Virus record (IMG/VR): IMGVR_UViG_3300010052_000143
Span: 1,270 to 65,269 of that record
Direction: 5' to 3' (one strand)
Origin: a virus
Lineage: Duplodnaviria; Caudoviricetes
DNA length: 64,000 nucleotides
The notes beneath the pieces were generated by a model. That model was not told where the DNA came from, did no database searches, and worked only from the letters and a program-made list of their open reading frames with translations. A program made the translations under genes and the position numbers. Position 1 is the first letter of the stretch, and each line of letters starts with the position of its first letter. Shown piece by piece: positions 1 to 9,523 of the stretch.

Positions 1-438
1 GAGATCGACGGCGACCTGTGGCGCATCCCCGCCGCACGCATGAAGATGTCTCGCGACCACGTCATTCCGCTGACGCCCCAGATCAAACGCATCCTGGCGG
101 AGTTGAAGCAGATCGCAGGCATTTCCGAGTGGATCGTGCCCGGAGTGCGCGACAAGCCGATCAGTCAGAACACATTGATCTTCGCCTTCTATCGTCTCGG
201 CTACCATTCTAAGGCGACTGTCCATGGCCTGCGAGCCACGTTTTCCACCATCGCAAACGAGTCCGGTCTCTGGACGGCAGATGCAATTGAACGGTCTCTT
301 GCGCACGCTCCTCTCGGGAAGGTGCGAGCGTCTTACAACCACGCCCAATTTCTGGATGAGCGGAGGCGGCTGGCGACGTGGTGGAGCAACTTTCTAACGG
401 CGAAAGATCCGAATGACCTCGGTTCGCTGCTGGACTGA
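1..438 (+). CDS. Tyrosine recombinase/integrase (P4-like), C-terminal part, 5' truncated by window
   Basis: Frame open from base 1 (EIDGDLWRIPAARMKMSRDHVIPL); HGLRATFST, IERSLAH and VRASYNHAQ catalytic boxes. Confidence 0.92.
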   Translation, partial: EIDGDLWRIPAARMKMSRDHVIPLTPQIKRILAELKQIAGISEWIVPGVRDKPISQNTLIFAFYRLGYHSKATVHGLRATFSTIANESGLWTADAIERSLAHAPLGKVRASYNHAQFLDERRRLATWWSNFLTAKDPNDLGSLLD

Positions 439-1122
439 TTATCCGCGTTTGAACCTGTCGGAAAGCTGTGAAATCTTGCGCCAGTTTCCGCCCTCGACTG
501 CGATTTCGATATCGGCGCCGACGCGGGTTCCGGACTTTTCAAGCGTGTCCCATTCGAGATCGTAGATCGTCACGCTGGTTCCAATGCCGCGGACTACGCC
601 CAGGATCACGTTTTTCTTGGCGGCGACAGGCACTACGAATTTGGCATCCGGCTCACCAGGCACAGCAACGACGACGGTGATGTTGTGCTTCGCGCCATCG
701 ACAATGGCGTACAGATCAATGTGGTTCTTGTCGGCTTCATCGTCATCGTCCTGTGGCAAGGCCGGGCGACCTCCGCCCATCTGGATGAAACCAGCGACGA
801 TATTGACGGCACCGTTCGAGGCCATCACCGTCTCAGTCGATTTGTTCGGAACGCCGATCGCCAACCAGGCGGGGTCGACCTTTAGGATCTGCGCCATCTT
901 GACGAGGTCTTCCTGCCTCGGTTTGGACAGGCCGGCGAACCAGCGACGGATGGTTTCCTGCGGAACGGCGCGGCCCCACCGCTCTTGGTATTGTTCCGAG
1001 AACCACTTCAGCCGGCCGTGATAGATCTGCGGAATGTTCACGTTCCCGTCGCACGCCTGTTCAAGTCGGCGAGCAAACTCTTTATGAATCACACCGCGGA
1101 CAGGCTTTTTAGTCTCATTCAT
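439..1122 (-). CDS. XRE-family HTH regulator, candidate immunity repressor (track start 1146; ATG 1122 preferred)
   Basis: N-terminal HTH (ETIRRWFAGLSKPRQEDLVKMAQILKVDPAWL); convergent with integrase; three operator-like sites upstream. Confidence 0.7.
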   Translation of the reverse strand: MNETKKPVRGVIHKEFARRLEQACDGNVNIPQIYHGRLKWFSEQYQERWGRAVPQETIRRWFAGLSKPRQEDLVKMAQILKVDPAWLAIGVPNKSTETVMASNGAVNIVAGFIQMGGGRPALPQDDDDEADKNHIDLYAIVDGAKHNITVVVAVPGEPDAKFVVPVAAKKNVILGVVRGIGTSVTIYDLEWDTLEKSGTRVGADIEIAVEGGNWRKISQLSDRFKRG

Positions 1123-1142
1123 ACGTCGATTGATCCCCCTTT

Positions 1143-1199
1143 TCACTATTGACGTGAATCAATTGGCGTTGACATGCGTGAAAGTCAATCCCTGTGTGC
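1143..1199. promoter_or_regulatory. Three TCAC-N7-GTGA-type operator sites upstream of the repressor gene
   Basis: TCACtattgacGTGA 1143-1157, degenerate site ending GTGA at 1181, TCAAtccctgtGTGC 1185-1199. Confidence 0.6.
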
Positions 1200-2600
1200 A
1201 AATATGTCGATGATTCGCTGCTGCGTGACGTCTCGCTCGTTCAACACGGTTAATGCGCGCTCGTCGTATGTTCCCTCTGCAATGATGGGATAGATCAGCA
1301 CCTGTTTCGTCTGCCCGGGCCGCGGAAGACGCATGTTCATTTGCTGCCACAGTTCGAGTGAGAAGGTCAGGCCATACCAGATCATAATGTGACCACCGTA
1401 CTGCGGATTGGTCCCGTGTCCGATCGATGCGGGATGCGCCAGCAACTTGCTGATCTTGCCCTTGTTCCAGTCGCCGATGAGATCGCCCTTGTATTCGTTG
1501 GCGACGACTGCGTCCGGGTAGCGCTTCCTGATTGCGTCCTTGTCGAATTTGAAACTGTAGGCGATCAGCAAGTTCTCACCCTGCGCCGTTTCCACCAGTT
1601 CCTCGAGCGCTTCCATTTTCGCGTCGTGAACATGCACGACAGAGCGGTCCTCGCGATACATATGGCCGTTGGCGAATTGCAGCAGTTTGTTGGCGAGCAC
1701 GCCACTTGAAACAGCCTCGACATCATGGGGCTCGCTGTAGAGCGTCTTTTCGAACTCCCGATAGTCCACCATTGCCTGGGCAGGCAGCCGTACTTGCGTC
1801 GGGATGAAGATCGGATCGTCCGCCACTTTCTCCGGCGGAATGGTCACCAGCAGATGCCCGATTTTCGACAGGATTTCGTCCTCGGCACCCGGCTTCGGGG
1901 TGACGGTATGCGTGTATTTGTCCTTGTCGAAGTAGCGCGTTTCGAAGTCGCTCTTGCTGCGGCCGAGCGCTTGACCCTGGTCGAGTAGATAGGTCTGGCC
2001 CCATAGGGACCGGATGCCCTGCGGCGCCGGCGTGCCGGTGAGCTCGATGACGCGCTCGATCTTGCGACGAGCGGTCGTCATCACGCCGAAGCGGGTCATG
2101 TTGCCACCCGGCCGCTTCTTGATGACGATCTCGCCGGCCTTGTTCACCGTGCGGACCTTGGCCGCTTTCGTGCGCCCTTCTCCCGCCTGGAAGCGGCTTG
2201 ATTCATCGATGACCACAGTGTCCCAGTACCAGTTTTCCACGGTCCTGATGTGCTTGGCGAGCCATTGGAGGTTGTCGAAATTGATCGTCGTCAATTCCGC
2301 CCGCCGCTCGATCGCGGCTATGCGCTCGTCTTCCTCGCCGACGGCGACAGCGACGGATATGCCTCGGGTGTGCTCCCACACGTCGATCTCATCGGGCCAG
2401 GTGTTCGCGGCGACGAACTTCGGCGCGATGACCAGCACATGATGAATTTCGAGCCGGTTGAGCATGTCAACCAATGCCGTGAGAGTGGCGCCGGTCTTCC
2501 CTGAACCCATCCCGCTGATGAGCAGCTTGGCACCGTGCTCGCGGGCGATCTTGGCTATGAGGCGCTGAGACGCGCGCAGGGCAGAACGTGGGCGGATCAC
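1185..2600 (-). CDS. SNF2-like (DEAD/DEAH superfamily 2) phage helicase
   Basis: GMGSGKT Walker A, DESSRF, LTGTP, HPASIGHG motifs; GTG start at 2600 overlaps upstream stop (GTGA). Confidence 0.88.
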   Translation of the reverse strand: MIRPRSALRASQRLIAKIAREHGAKLLISGMGSGKTGATLTALVDMLNRLEIHHVLVIAPKFVAANTWPDEIDVWEHTRGISVAVAVGEEDERIAAIERRAELTTINFDNLQWLAKHIRTVENWYWDTVVIDESSRFQAGEGRTKAAKVRTVNKAGEIVIKKRPGGNMTRFGVMTTARRKIERVIELTGTPAPQGIRSLWGQTYLLDQGQALGRSKSDFETRYFDKDKYTHTVTPKPGAEDEILSKIGHLLVTIPPEKVADDPIFIPTQVRLPAQAMVDYREFEKTLYSEPHDVEAVSSGVLANKLLQFANGHMYREDRSVVHVHDAKMEALEELVETAQGENLLIAYSFKFDKDAIRKRYPDAVVANEYKGDLIGDWNKGKISKLLAHPASIGHGTNPQYGGHIMIWYGLTFSLELWQQMNMRLPRPGQTKQVLIYPIIAEGTYDERALTVLNERDVTQQRIIDIFAHRD

Positions 2601-3646
2601 GCCGCCACCAGCCACGTTTCGAGCGCCGTCTTCGGCCGGCCGGCCAGTCGATCGTCGGCGATCTTCGCGTATGCCGGATTGAGTTCGATCAAGACCGCGT
2701 CGCGGCCGTGCTGCCGTGCGACCATCGCCGTTGTCCCGGCGCCGCCAAACGGATCGAGTACGGTACCGCCTGCCGGGCAGCCAGCGAGGACGCACGGTTC
2801 GATCAGGTCGGGCGGAAATGTTGCGAAATGGGCACCCTTGAAAGGCTTCGGACTGACGGTCCAGACCGACCGCTTGTTGCTCCCCAAACCACGAGCAACG
2901 TCATCAAGGCCGCTCTGATCCGACGACTCGTATTTCGCGTGACGAGGAGGAGTGCCACGAATGCGCGCGATCTTCTCTCGCGCGTTGGCGATGATTCGAG
3001 CCTTCGTGCCACTGGCGGACTGTGCGCCGGCCGCTCGATAGTCCTTGGTGTCGACGCCATCGTAACCGTCGCAGATTTGCTGTAAAAGCGCCTCGCTCGG
3101 CGGGTTTTTGATCGCCTCTGCGTCGTAGAAGTAGCGCGGCGATTTTGACAGCATAAAGATGTATTCGTGCGCCTTCGTACATCGATCACGCACGCTCTCC
3201 GGCATCGGGTTTGGTTTCGACCAGATGATGTCCTGACGCAGATACCAACCATCCGCCTGCAGGGCGAAGGCAACACGCCACGGGATGCCGATCAGGTCTT
3301 TCGACTTCAGCCCAGTGTAGACTTTGTTGCGACCGATCGGCGAGCAATGAAGGGCTGAGACGTGCTTGCCGCCCGTATGACCGCCCCACTTTCCATCGTT
3401 CGCATAGCTGTCGCCAAGGTTCAGCCAAAGAGTTCCGTCATCGCGAAGCACACGGCGGACCTCACGGAACAAATCAACCATGCCGGCGACATACTCGTCA
3501 GGGGTTTGCTCGAGACCCATCTGACCGGTGACACCATAGTCGCGCAGGCCGAAATACGGCGGCGAGGTCACGCAGCAGTGGACGCTGGCATTGGGCATCT
3601 GCCGCAGCACGTCTCGACTGTCACCGACAAGAATTCTGACGGTCAT
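2597..3646 (-). CDS. DNA amino-methyltransferase (N4-C/N6-A, beta class)
   Basis: VTSPPY motif IV near N-terminus, LDPFGGAGTT motif I near C-terminus; ATG 3646 overlaps upstream stop. Confidence 0.9.
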   Translation of the reverse strand: MTVRILVGDSRDVLRQMPNASVHCCVTSPPYFGLRDYGVTGQMGLEQTPDEYVAGMVDLFREVRRVLRDDGTLWLNLGDSYANDGKWGGHTGGKHVSALHCSPIGRNKVYTGLKSKDLIGIPWRVAFALQADGWYLRQDIIWSKPNPMPESVRDRCTKAHEYIFMLSKSPRYFYDAEAIKNPPSEALLQQICDGYDGVDTKDYRAAGAQSASGTKARIIANAREKIARIRGTPPRHAKYESSDQSGLDDVARGLGSNKRSVWTVSPKPFKGAHFATFPPDLIEPCVLAGCPAGGTVLDPFGGAGTTAMVARQHGRDAVLIELNPAYAKIADDRLAGRPKTALETWLVAA

Positions 3647-3960
3647 ACCAGGAGGCTCTGCAACTTGAGGAAGGCGATCGTGTCGGTGCCAGAGTGGAAG
3701 ACATGCACCGTAACGCCGCGCTCGGCGAAGCGCGGAAACTCCAGCGCTTGACCCGCTGACAGCTTCCCCTTCCCCCGTTTCATCTCGATCAGGAGGATCT
3801 TGCCGTAACCGACGAACATGCGATCCGGGCAACTGCGCCTACCGATGTAGGCGATTTTACGCACCAGCCAGCCGTGATTTTCCGCCCACGCAACCGCGTC
3901 GATTTCCTCGTTTGCTTCAAGTTCGCGCGTCTCGAAGTCGAAGTCCTTGGCGACCTTCAT
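3643..3960 (-). CDS. VRR-NUC domain nuclease
   Basis: GRRSCPDRMF...LLIEMKR..GKLSAGQ; canonical position between polymerase and helicase. Confidence 0.85.
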   Translation of the reverse strand: MKVAKDFDFETRELEANEEIDAVAWAENHGWLVRKIAYIGRRSCPDRMFVGYGKILLIEMKRGKGKLSAGQALEFPRFAERGVTVHVFHSGTDTIAFLKLQSLLV

Positions 3961-4664
3961 TTCAGCAATCTTTCCTCTCCGCCCGAATGCCCGACACCGC
4001 GGTCAAGTCGCACCCGTTCTGCTGCGGCGACGCCGATCTTGTAGGTAGAGTCGAGGTCGCGGCTAGGTCGGCCACGGCCCTGGTCAAGTTTGATTTTTTC
4101 GAGTGCCAGTGCCTGGACGATCAGGGCATCGCGCAGCACGATCAGTCCCGTGCCGGCAGGCTCAGGCGGGCGCAGATCGCGGATGCGTTGACGCAGTGTG
4201 TCAGCCATCCCGTCGAGGTAGGCAAAAAGCCGCTGGCGCCGTTTAGCAGGGTTCAGCAGTTGGTTGCTGCGATCAAGGACGCGGCGGCCGTCGCGCATCG
4301 CACGCGCGCAGATGTCGAGCAGATACTTCGCCACCTCGACTTCGTGGTCAAACCCGAAGAAGGTGATTGTGACTGGAGCGACGCCTGGCCTCGATGTCCA
4401 GTACCGGCAACCTGTCAGATACGCGATGCCATCAGCGGGCTTCCAAAGGCGTTCACCTACAATGTCTTCCACGGCTTCGGTGTGCCGTGAGAACGGCTGC
4501 TCGCGCAGGGCAGCTTCGTCGAGCGTCATGTTATGCTCGCGCAGCATGCGACCAAGCATCTCGGCGGCGGTGATGGCCTCCTCTTCGGTGCAGCCATTTT
4601 CGCGGGTCATGGCCGCAAGCGCGCGGACGCGGCGGGCGATGTTCTCTCGAGACATCTTGCTCAT
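3957..4664 (-). CDS. DUF2786-family protein
   Basis: IARRVRALAAMT..NGCTEEEAITAAEMLGRMLREHNM N-terminus; ATGA overlap with polymerase stop. Confidence 0.7.
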   Translation of the reverse strand: MSKMSRENIARRVRALAAMTRENGCTEEEAITAAEMLGRMLREHNMTLDEAALREQPFSRHTEAVEDIVGERLWKPADGIAYLTGCRYWTSRPGVAPVTITFFGFDHEVEVAKYLLDICARAMRDGRRVLDRSNQLLNPAKRRQRLFAYLDGMADTLRQRIRDLRPPEPAGTGLIVLRDALIVQALALEKIKLDQGRGRPSRDLDSTYKIGVAAAERVRLDRGVGHSGGEERLLK

Positions 4665-6697
4665 GCCGCCCTCAGCCATTCGAGCAGCACCGGCAGCGCG
4701 TTGGCCTTCGTGATGCGCAGCGGCTTCCGCGGTTCGATCTTCGGCCCGTAGTATCCCAAATCCGTCAGGATGCTCTCCGCTTCCGCGACATAGCGGTCGT
4801 AGTCGACATCGTCCGGAAACTCGTCAGGCAACCGCATGCATTCGATTGCACCGTCGCTCTTGGGCACCTTCTTGAAGTTGCCGGTGGTCGGATGCGGCAC
4901 CGCATCGAAGATCGGCTGCCCACCAACGCCCCAGTAGAATCGAACGGTCTTGCCCAGATATTCATCGCGCCAGGTTGCGCCCTTCGACGCCTTGATCACG
5001 GTGACGAACTGCCGGATGTCCCGGCAGGCGCGAATGGTCTCTGCCACCGGCGTGCCGTCCTTGATCCGCGCCAGCGCCGCGTCGGAGCAGATCGTCGCCT
5101 GCGGATTCTTCATCAACTGGCCGCGCACCGGGTCGTGGTCATCCGGATGCTCATTCCAGGGATTGCCGAGCGGCCCTTTGCGCTTGTGGCCACCATCTGC
5201 CTTCAGCGCGAAATACGAATTGACCGACTGGTTGTAGACGGCCTTGTATTCGCCGAACTCGAGGTCGAAAGCTGTGTCACGCTCCCATTGCGCGCAGACA
5301 TCTGCCAGCAGCGACGGCTTCAGGCTCTCCCCGTTGAGCCCGCCGAAATGTTCGCGCGGGCATCGGAACAGCACACCATCGGTGTTGCCGCTGACGACCG
5401 GAATGCCGGCGCGCTCGGCACGCTCGATCAGCATCAGCAGCGCCAACTGCCCTGTCAGGGTCACCGAGATCATCAGGTGCGGTGCGTAGAGAACGCTGTA
5501 TTTGCTGCCGAGCTTCCCATAGACGCCGTTGAGCGAAATCTTGAGGCCCTTGTCTCGGACCTTACATTGCTCGGCCTCGGCTTCCAGCTTCGCACGCTCA
5601 GCCTCGTCGGTGACCTTCTTTAATTCGGCTTTGATCGCTTTGGCGCGCTTCTTGGCCTTCAGACGGTCGGCCTTTATCTCCCCATAAACATCGAGAAATG
5701 GCCTACCGAGCGCCTTCGGGTATAGACCGAGCATCAAGATGATCGCCGGGTATTGCGATGCCACGTCGGCGTCAATCAGCACATGTTCGTCGTCGCTGTG
5801 GACTGCCCGATTACTTTCCGTCGAATGCAGCCCGCCGATCCCCATCTGATAGGTCATGGCGCCGATCGTCACAGTGGCCTTGGCGAGCCAGTCCGGCATA
5901 TTCACCTTGCCATCGGCCTGGACCATGAAGTCGGTCTCACGCAGACGGTCGACGATCTCCTGTAATTCGGGCGTTTCGAACCTCATGAACTCGGGCACCG
6001 GATATCGGAACATGGTGCCGGCGCGCACCTCGGCGCGTTGTGCCTTCTGCCCGGACAATTGCTCAACCCGCGACTTGACGATCGTCTCGCCAATCTGGCT
6101 GTCGGATTTGCACATGAAGTTCTGGCCGTAATACGGACCCAACGCGCGGCGGAGGTCCAGCGGCTCTTTCAGCGCATTCCAGAGATTTTCCGTCGCGTCG
6201 AGGTCGGAATGCAGGCAGTAGTGGGCGATCTTGTCCATCTGCTCTGACGTCGGACGGATATCAGGGTCGTAGGGCAGATCCTGCAACTGCTTGCCGTGCA
6301 TCCGGCCGTTCAGCGCCTTGAGGCTGGCGAAGGCGTTCGGCTGCGGCTCGATCAGGTCGATGTGGCGCTTCTTCACCTCGAAGGGAATGCGGATGCCGAG
6401 GAAGTCTTCAACGTCCCACCATTTGATGCCGCCCTTGATGATGCTGTCGCTGGCGCGTTTCAGCTTCTCGTTGGTGACGCCTTCCTCGAGCGAGTACCAG
6501 ATGATCGGCAGATCGTAGGAGAGGCTGTTAAAACCGACCGTCTCGTTTCGCATGAGGATGCTGCGCACGTAGTCTCGGTCGTAGATCGGTTGGCGCCGGC
6601 TGAATTCGACACCGACGCGCTTGCCGTCTTCGATCCGCTTAAAACCGATATAGAAGAAATCCCAAAAGGTCTCCACATCGAGAAGGATGGTGCTCAT
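4661..6697 (-). CDS. Phage DNA polymerase, family B-like, with 3'-5' exonuclease domain
   Basis: Exo I LDVET; polymerase motifs DVASQYP, KISLNGVYGK, GNTDG. Confidence 0.88.
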   Translation of the reverse strand: MSTILLDVETFWDFFYIGFKRIEDGKRVGVEFSRRQPIYDRDYVRSILMRNETVGFNSLSYDLPIIWYSLEEGVTNEKLKRASDSIIKGGIKWWDVEDFLGIRIPFEVKKRHIDLIEPQPNAFASLKALNGRMHGKQLQDLPYDPDIRPTSEQMDKIAHYCLHSDLDATENLWNALKEPLDLRRALGPYYGQNFMCKSDSQIGETIVKSRVEQLSGQKAQRAEVRAGTMFRYPVPEFMRFETPELQEIVDRLRETDFMVQADGKVNMPDWLAKATVTIGAMTYQMGIGGLHSTESNRAVHSDDEHVLIDADVASQYPAIILMLGLYPKALGRPFLDVYGEIKADRLKAKKRAKAIKAELKKVTDEAERAKLEAEAEQCKVRDKGLKISLNGVYGKLGSKYSVLYAPHLMISVTLTGQLALLMLIERAERAGIPVVSGNTDGVLFRCPREHFGGLNGESLKPSLLADVCAQWERDTAFDLEFGEYKAVYNQSVNSYFALKADGGHKRKGPLGNPWNEHPDDHDPVRGQLMKNPQATICSDAALARIKDGTPVAETIRACRDIRQFVTVIKASKGATWRDEYLGKTVRFYWGVGGQPIFDAVPHPTTGNFKKVPKSDGAIECMRLPDEFPDDVDYDRYVAEAESILTDLGYYGPKIEPRKPLRITKANALPVLLEWLRAA

Positions 6698-6975
6698 ACG
6701 AGGAGGTCCACTTGCTCGGAGCCGTGACGGCGGGAGACCTCCTTCAAAATCTCATCACCATGGCAGGCTGCCGGCGAGCAGTGGCATACAAGATGCCGTC
6801 CAACGAGGGGGCGGAGATCGAGACGCGGCAGCACACTCATGGCAAATTTGTCGATGACTTCCGTCCGAGATCCATCCGCACCGATACGGAACGGATTGCC
6901 CCACGGAGTTCCCCGACCGATGTAAACGGCGGAATCCGGATGAGCCTTTCGAATATTCCACACCTGGGGTTTCAC
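6694..6975 (-). CDS. DUF4326-family protein
   Basis: VYIGRGTPWGNPF...LVCHCSPAACHGD signature; GTG start 6975. Confidence 0.8.
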   Translation of the reverse strand: MKPQVWNIRKAHPDSAVYIGRGTPWGNPFRIGADGSRTEVIDKFAMSVLPRLDLRPLVGRHLVCHCSPAACHGDEILKEVSRRHGSEQVDLLV

Positions 6976-6985
6976 TGAATCACTT

Positions 6986-7588
6986 TCAAAAATCGAAATC
7001 GTTGACTTTGGTCGGCGTCGTCGGAATCGGAATTCCGACCTCGGATTTCCGATTCCGCAGCCCCTGCCAGTAGACCGAGACCCACGTCGCCTGGTGACGA
7101 GCGTCATCGAGTGCGGTGTGCGCGGTGCCTTCGAGCTTGCCGTTGAACGGCACAATACCGTCGGCCAAATCCTTGATCGTGCGGCAGTCACGCACGTTCC
7201 AGAATTTCCATGGCGCGGGCTTCTCAAGGATGCGGCCAAAGGCATATTCGAGGATCGAGATGTCGAACGATGAACCATTGCCCCACGGTCGAATGTCGGA
7301 ACCGTGCTTCAGGCAGAACTCGTAGAACTTCTCAAAGACGAGCGGCGCCGGGTTCTTGCCGCGCACGACCTTCTGCCGTGCGGCGTCGCCCTGCCCCAAC
7401 CACCAGCGGATCGTGTCGCCGGAGGCGCGGCCGAAGCGCATCGCGTCGGCAATGTCTATCGCCGCATCAAAGGTCTCGCCCAACGCACCGGTGTCCGGAT
7501 CGAAGTAGATCGCGCCGATGGCGACGACGGGCGCGTTGGGCGCAGTGCCGAGGGTTTCCAGATCGATCATCAGGTGTTTGAACGTCAT
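6986..7588 (-). CDS. DEDDh 3'-5' exonuclease (DUF5051/exonuclease VIII-like)
   Basis: HLMIDLETLG, WGNGSSFD, RDCRT, HTALDDA motifs. Confidence 0.85.
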   Translation of the reverse strand: MTFKHLMIDLETLGTAPNAPVVAIGAIYFDPDTGALGETFDAAIDIADAMRFGRASGDTIRWWLGQGDAARQKVVRGKNPAPLVFEKFYEFCLKHGSDIRPWGNGSSFDISILEYAFGRILEKPAPWKFWNVRDCRTIKDLADGIVPFNGKLEGTAHTALDDARHQATWVSVYWQGLRNRKSEVGIPIPTTPTKVNDFDF

Positions 7589-9087
7589 ACCAAAAGCTCC
7601 ATGTCCTCGATCACGCGGCCAGCAGCCAGATCAGATGCGCTTGCGCGGCAGGCGACGATGAAATCTGTCGTGGCTTCCGCGTCGACCGCGTTGCCGTAGG
7701 CTTTGAGCATGCCGACGCGCGACTTGCCTTCGAAGGCGCTGCCTGATCCCACTCGGAAGGCAGCGCCATCAACCAGCGGGAATGACTCGGGTTCAACTGG
7801 CCGCCACTTTCCATCTCGGCAGAAGAGCCAATCAGCATCTGCCCAGAAACCGTTAGTCGGGCCGGGCTGTCCGTAGCCCACGCCTGCACCTGCATATTCA
7901 AGTCGCTCAGAGACACGCCCATCGACTGCGAGCCGCGCGCCATGCTCTCGCGTTTCCGTTCCAGAAAGCGTTCGGGCGTCCCGTTCGCCTGTTGCACGAC
8001 CGGCGTCGCCCAACTCGCAAGCTGAACCAATCCGCCCATCAACGGTTCGCCCTTCCGAGTCCCGCCCCGTGATGTCTGTCCACCGGTCATTGTGTTCGGA
8101 GTCGGCCAGTCGGCCAGTTGCGCTCCCATGTTCAAAGTCATGTTCGGGGCGAAGGGATCGTATTTCTCCCCGCGTCTCGCGTCCGTCGTCGTCGTCGTCG
8201 GCCAGCCCGCTAGATTCGCCTGCCTCGGCAACTGGTCGAAACGATCCTTCCCCGTATCCAGTCTCGGCGCGATGTCCGCTCCCGAATCCTTCCAGTCCCT
8301 GGTGGTGGTGGTGGTCCAGCCGGCCAGTTGCGCCTGCTCGGTCAGGTAGAGCGGGGTCGATGTCTGCCCGTGCTCCCGCAACCGTTTCTCCGCTGTCCGA
8401 TCCAGGCACTGCTGACTGCGTTCCCGCTCGGCAACCGTCGGCGTATTCCACCCAGTCAACGCTCCGCCCGCTTGGTCCGGCCCACCGTTCGATCCATCCG
8501 TCGCGCGCGGGGTGTTCCACCCCGCGCGGTCTTGCACCTGCCGCAGGTCGTAGATCGTAGGCGTAGATGCGGAGTCTTTGCCGGATGTGCGGCGCCCCAC
8601 TGCCCGCAGAGCAGGTATCGAGCGACCCGATGGCGTATCCCTCCGCTTCCAGGTCAGTCGATACAAGGTCGAGCCAGCCGAGGCCGTCCTTGCTCGCAAC
8701 CTGCTCTCCAAGAAATCTGACAGGGCGTCGCTCTCGGATGAGGTGGAGGAGTGAAGGCCATAGATGCCGCTCGTCATCCATCCCGCCGCCTTTGCCTGCC
8801 GCGGAGAAAGGTTGGCAGGGGCAGCTTCCGGTCCAAACAGGAGTGTCATCCGAGACGCCGCTGCGACGGAGGGCGTAACTCCAAACTCCGATGCCAGCGA
8901 AAAAATGAACCTGTCGAAATCCTCGGAGGTCATCTCCGACAAGATCCTCGATGCTTCTACGATCGACGAAGCCCGGAGCGATGGCACCAACTCGGATGAG
9001 GTTTTCCAACCAGTCGGCTGCATAGGGGTCAATCTCGTTGTAGAGGGCGAAGGGAGCAATGTGGACGGCGGGAGTGTGGAGGGTCAT
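7585..9087 (-). CDS. C5-cytosine DNA methyltransferase, alpha-type polypeptide (motifs I-VIII and X)
   Basis: FFAGIG (I), GSCPCQPFS (IV), EQV (VI), HIRQRL (VIII), LKAYGNAV (X); no clear motif IX in this frame. Confidence 0.85.
   Translation of the reverse strand: MTLHTPAVHIAPFALYNEIDPYAADWLENLIRVGAIAPGFVDRRSIEDLVGDDLRGFRQVHFFAGIGVWSYALRRSGVSDDTPVWTGSCPCQPFSAAGKGGGMDDERHLWPSLLHLIRERRPVRFLGEQVASKDGLGWLDLVSTDLEAEGYAIGSLDTCSAGSGAPHIRQRLRIYAYDLRPAAGARPRGVEHPARDGWIERWAGPSGRSVDWVEYADGCRAGTQSAVPGSDSGETVAGARADIDPALPDRAGATGRLDHHHHQGLEGFGSGHRAETGYGEGSFRPVAEAGESSGLADDDDDGRETRGEIRSLRPEHDFEHGSATGRLADSEHNDRWTDITGRDSEGRTVDGRIGSACELGDAGRATGERDARTLSGTETREHGARLAVDGRVSERLEYAGAGVGYGQPGPTNGFWADADWLFCRDGKWRPVEPESFPLVDGAAFRVGSGSAFEGKSRVGMLKAYGNAVDAEATTDFIVACRASASDLAAGRVIEDMELLV
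7611..8777 (-). CDS. Nested alternative-frame polypeptide, putative beta subunit of the C5 MTase (frame open to 9059)
   Basis: 482-codon open frame inside the MTase gene on the same strand; [18 protein letters not shown] resembles motif IX; seven W-x-T-(P/T) repeats; start at 8777 is a guess. Confidence 0.65.
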   Translation of the reverse strand: MTSGIYGLHSSTSSESDALSDFLESRLRARTASAGSTLYRLTWKRRDTPSGRSIPALRAVGRRTSGKDSASTPTIYDLRQVQDRAGWNTPRATDGSNGGPDQAGGALTGWNTPTVAERERSQQCLDRTAEKRLREHGQTSTPLYLTEQAQLAGWTTTTTRDWKDSGADIAPRLDTGKDRFDQLPRQANLAGWPTTTTTDARRGEKYDPFAPNMTLNMGAQLADWPTPNTMTGGQTSRGGTRKGEPLMGGLVQLASWATPVVQQANGTPERFLERKRESMARGSQSMGVSLSDLNMQVQAWATDSPARLTVSGQMLIGSSAEMESGGQLNPSHSRWLMALPSEWDQAAPSKASRASACSKPTATRSTRKPRQISSSPAAQAHLIWLLAA

Positions 9088-9230
9088 CGCACTGCGCCGA
9101 ACTCGGCTTCGAGCGCAGTGGCGACCGCCTCAACGAGCAAATCGCGCAGCTGCGCTTCCGTGATCGGGCCGCCCTGCGTCCGGATCATCGGCGTCGGCCA
9201 GGAGGCTACAGTGCGATCGGGGCGCTTCAT
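9084..9230 (-). CDS. Small hypothetical protein (48 aa), absent from ORF track
   Basis: MKRPDRTVASWPTP...AVR; ATGA overlaps at both ends. Confidence 0.55.
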   Translation of the reverse strand: MKRPDRTVASWPTPMIRTQGGPITEAQLRDLLVEAVATALEAEFGAVR

Positions 9231-9460
9231 GACGCACCTACCCGCTGAGACGCCGCGACTTTCGGCCGGCTGCCGGCGGTGCTGGCAACGATCTGGTAGG
9301 CCACGACTTTGGAGCCGCCATCGGCCGCTGCAGCAGAGTCGATATCCGATTGAACGGCAGCCGGATGACGGAGCAAGCGGTCAAGGAAATCGACCGCTCG
9401 GGATTCCGGTGCGAGCACGTCGAAGCTGATCTCGACGAGGATGATGTGACGCTTTTTCAT
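9227..9460 (-). CDS. Hypothetical protein
   Basis: ORF in operon context, stop overlaps next start. Confidence 0.5.
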   Translation of the reverse strand: MKKRHIILVEISFDVLAPESRAVDFLDRLLRHPAAVQSDIDSAAAADGGSKVVAYQIVASTAGSRPKVAASQRVGAS

Positions 9461-9523
9461 AAGGAATTTCCACGCATTGTGTGAAATCGAGGGCAGCATT
9501 CCACCCTCGATTTCAGCGCTCCA

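Noticed and set aside
2601-3832. Long 5' extensions given by the ORF track for the helicase (2795) and MTase (3832)
   Set aside because: They overlap upstream genes; stop/start overlaps support starts at 2600 and 3646.
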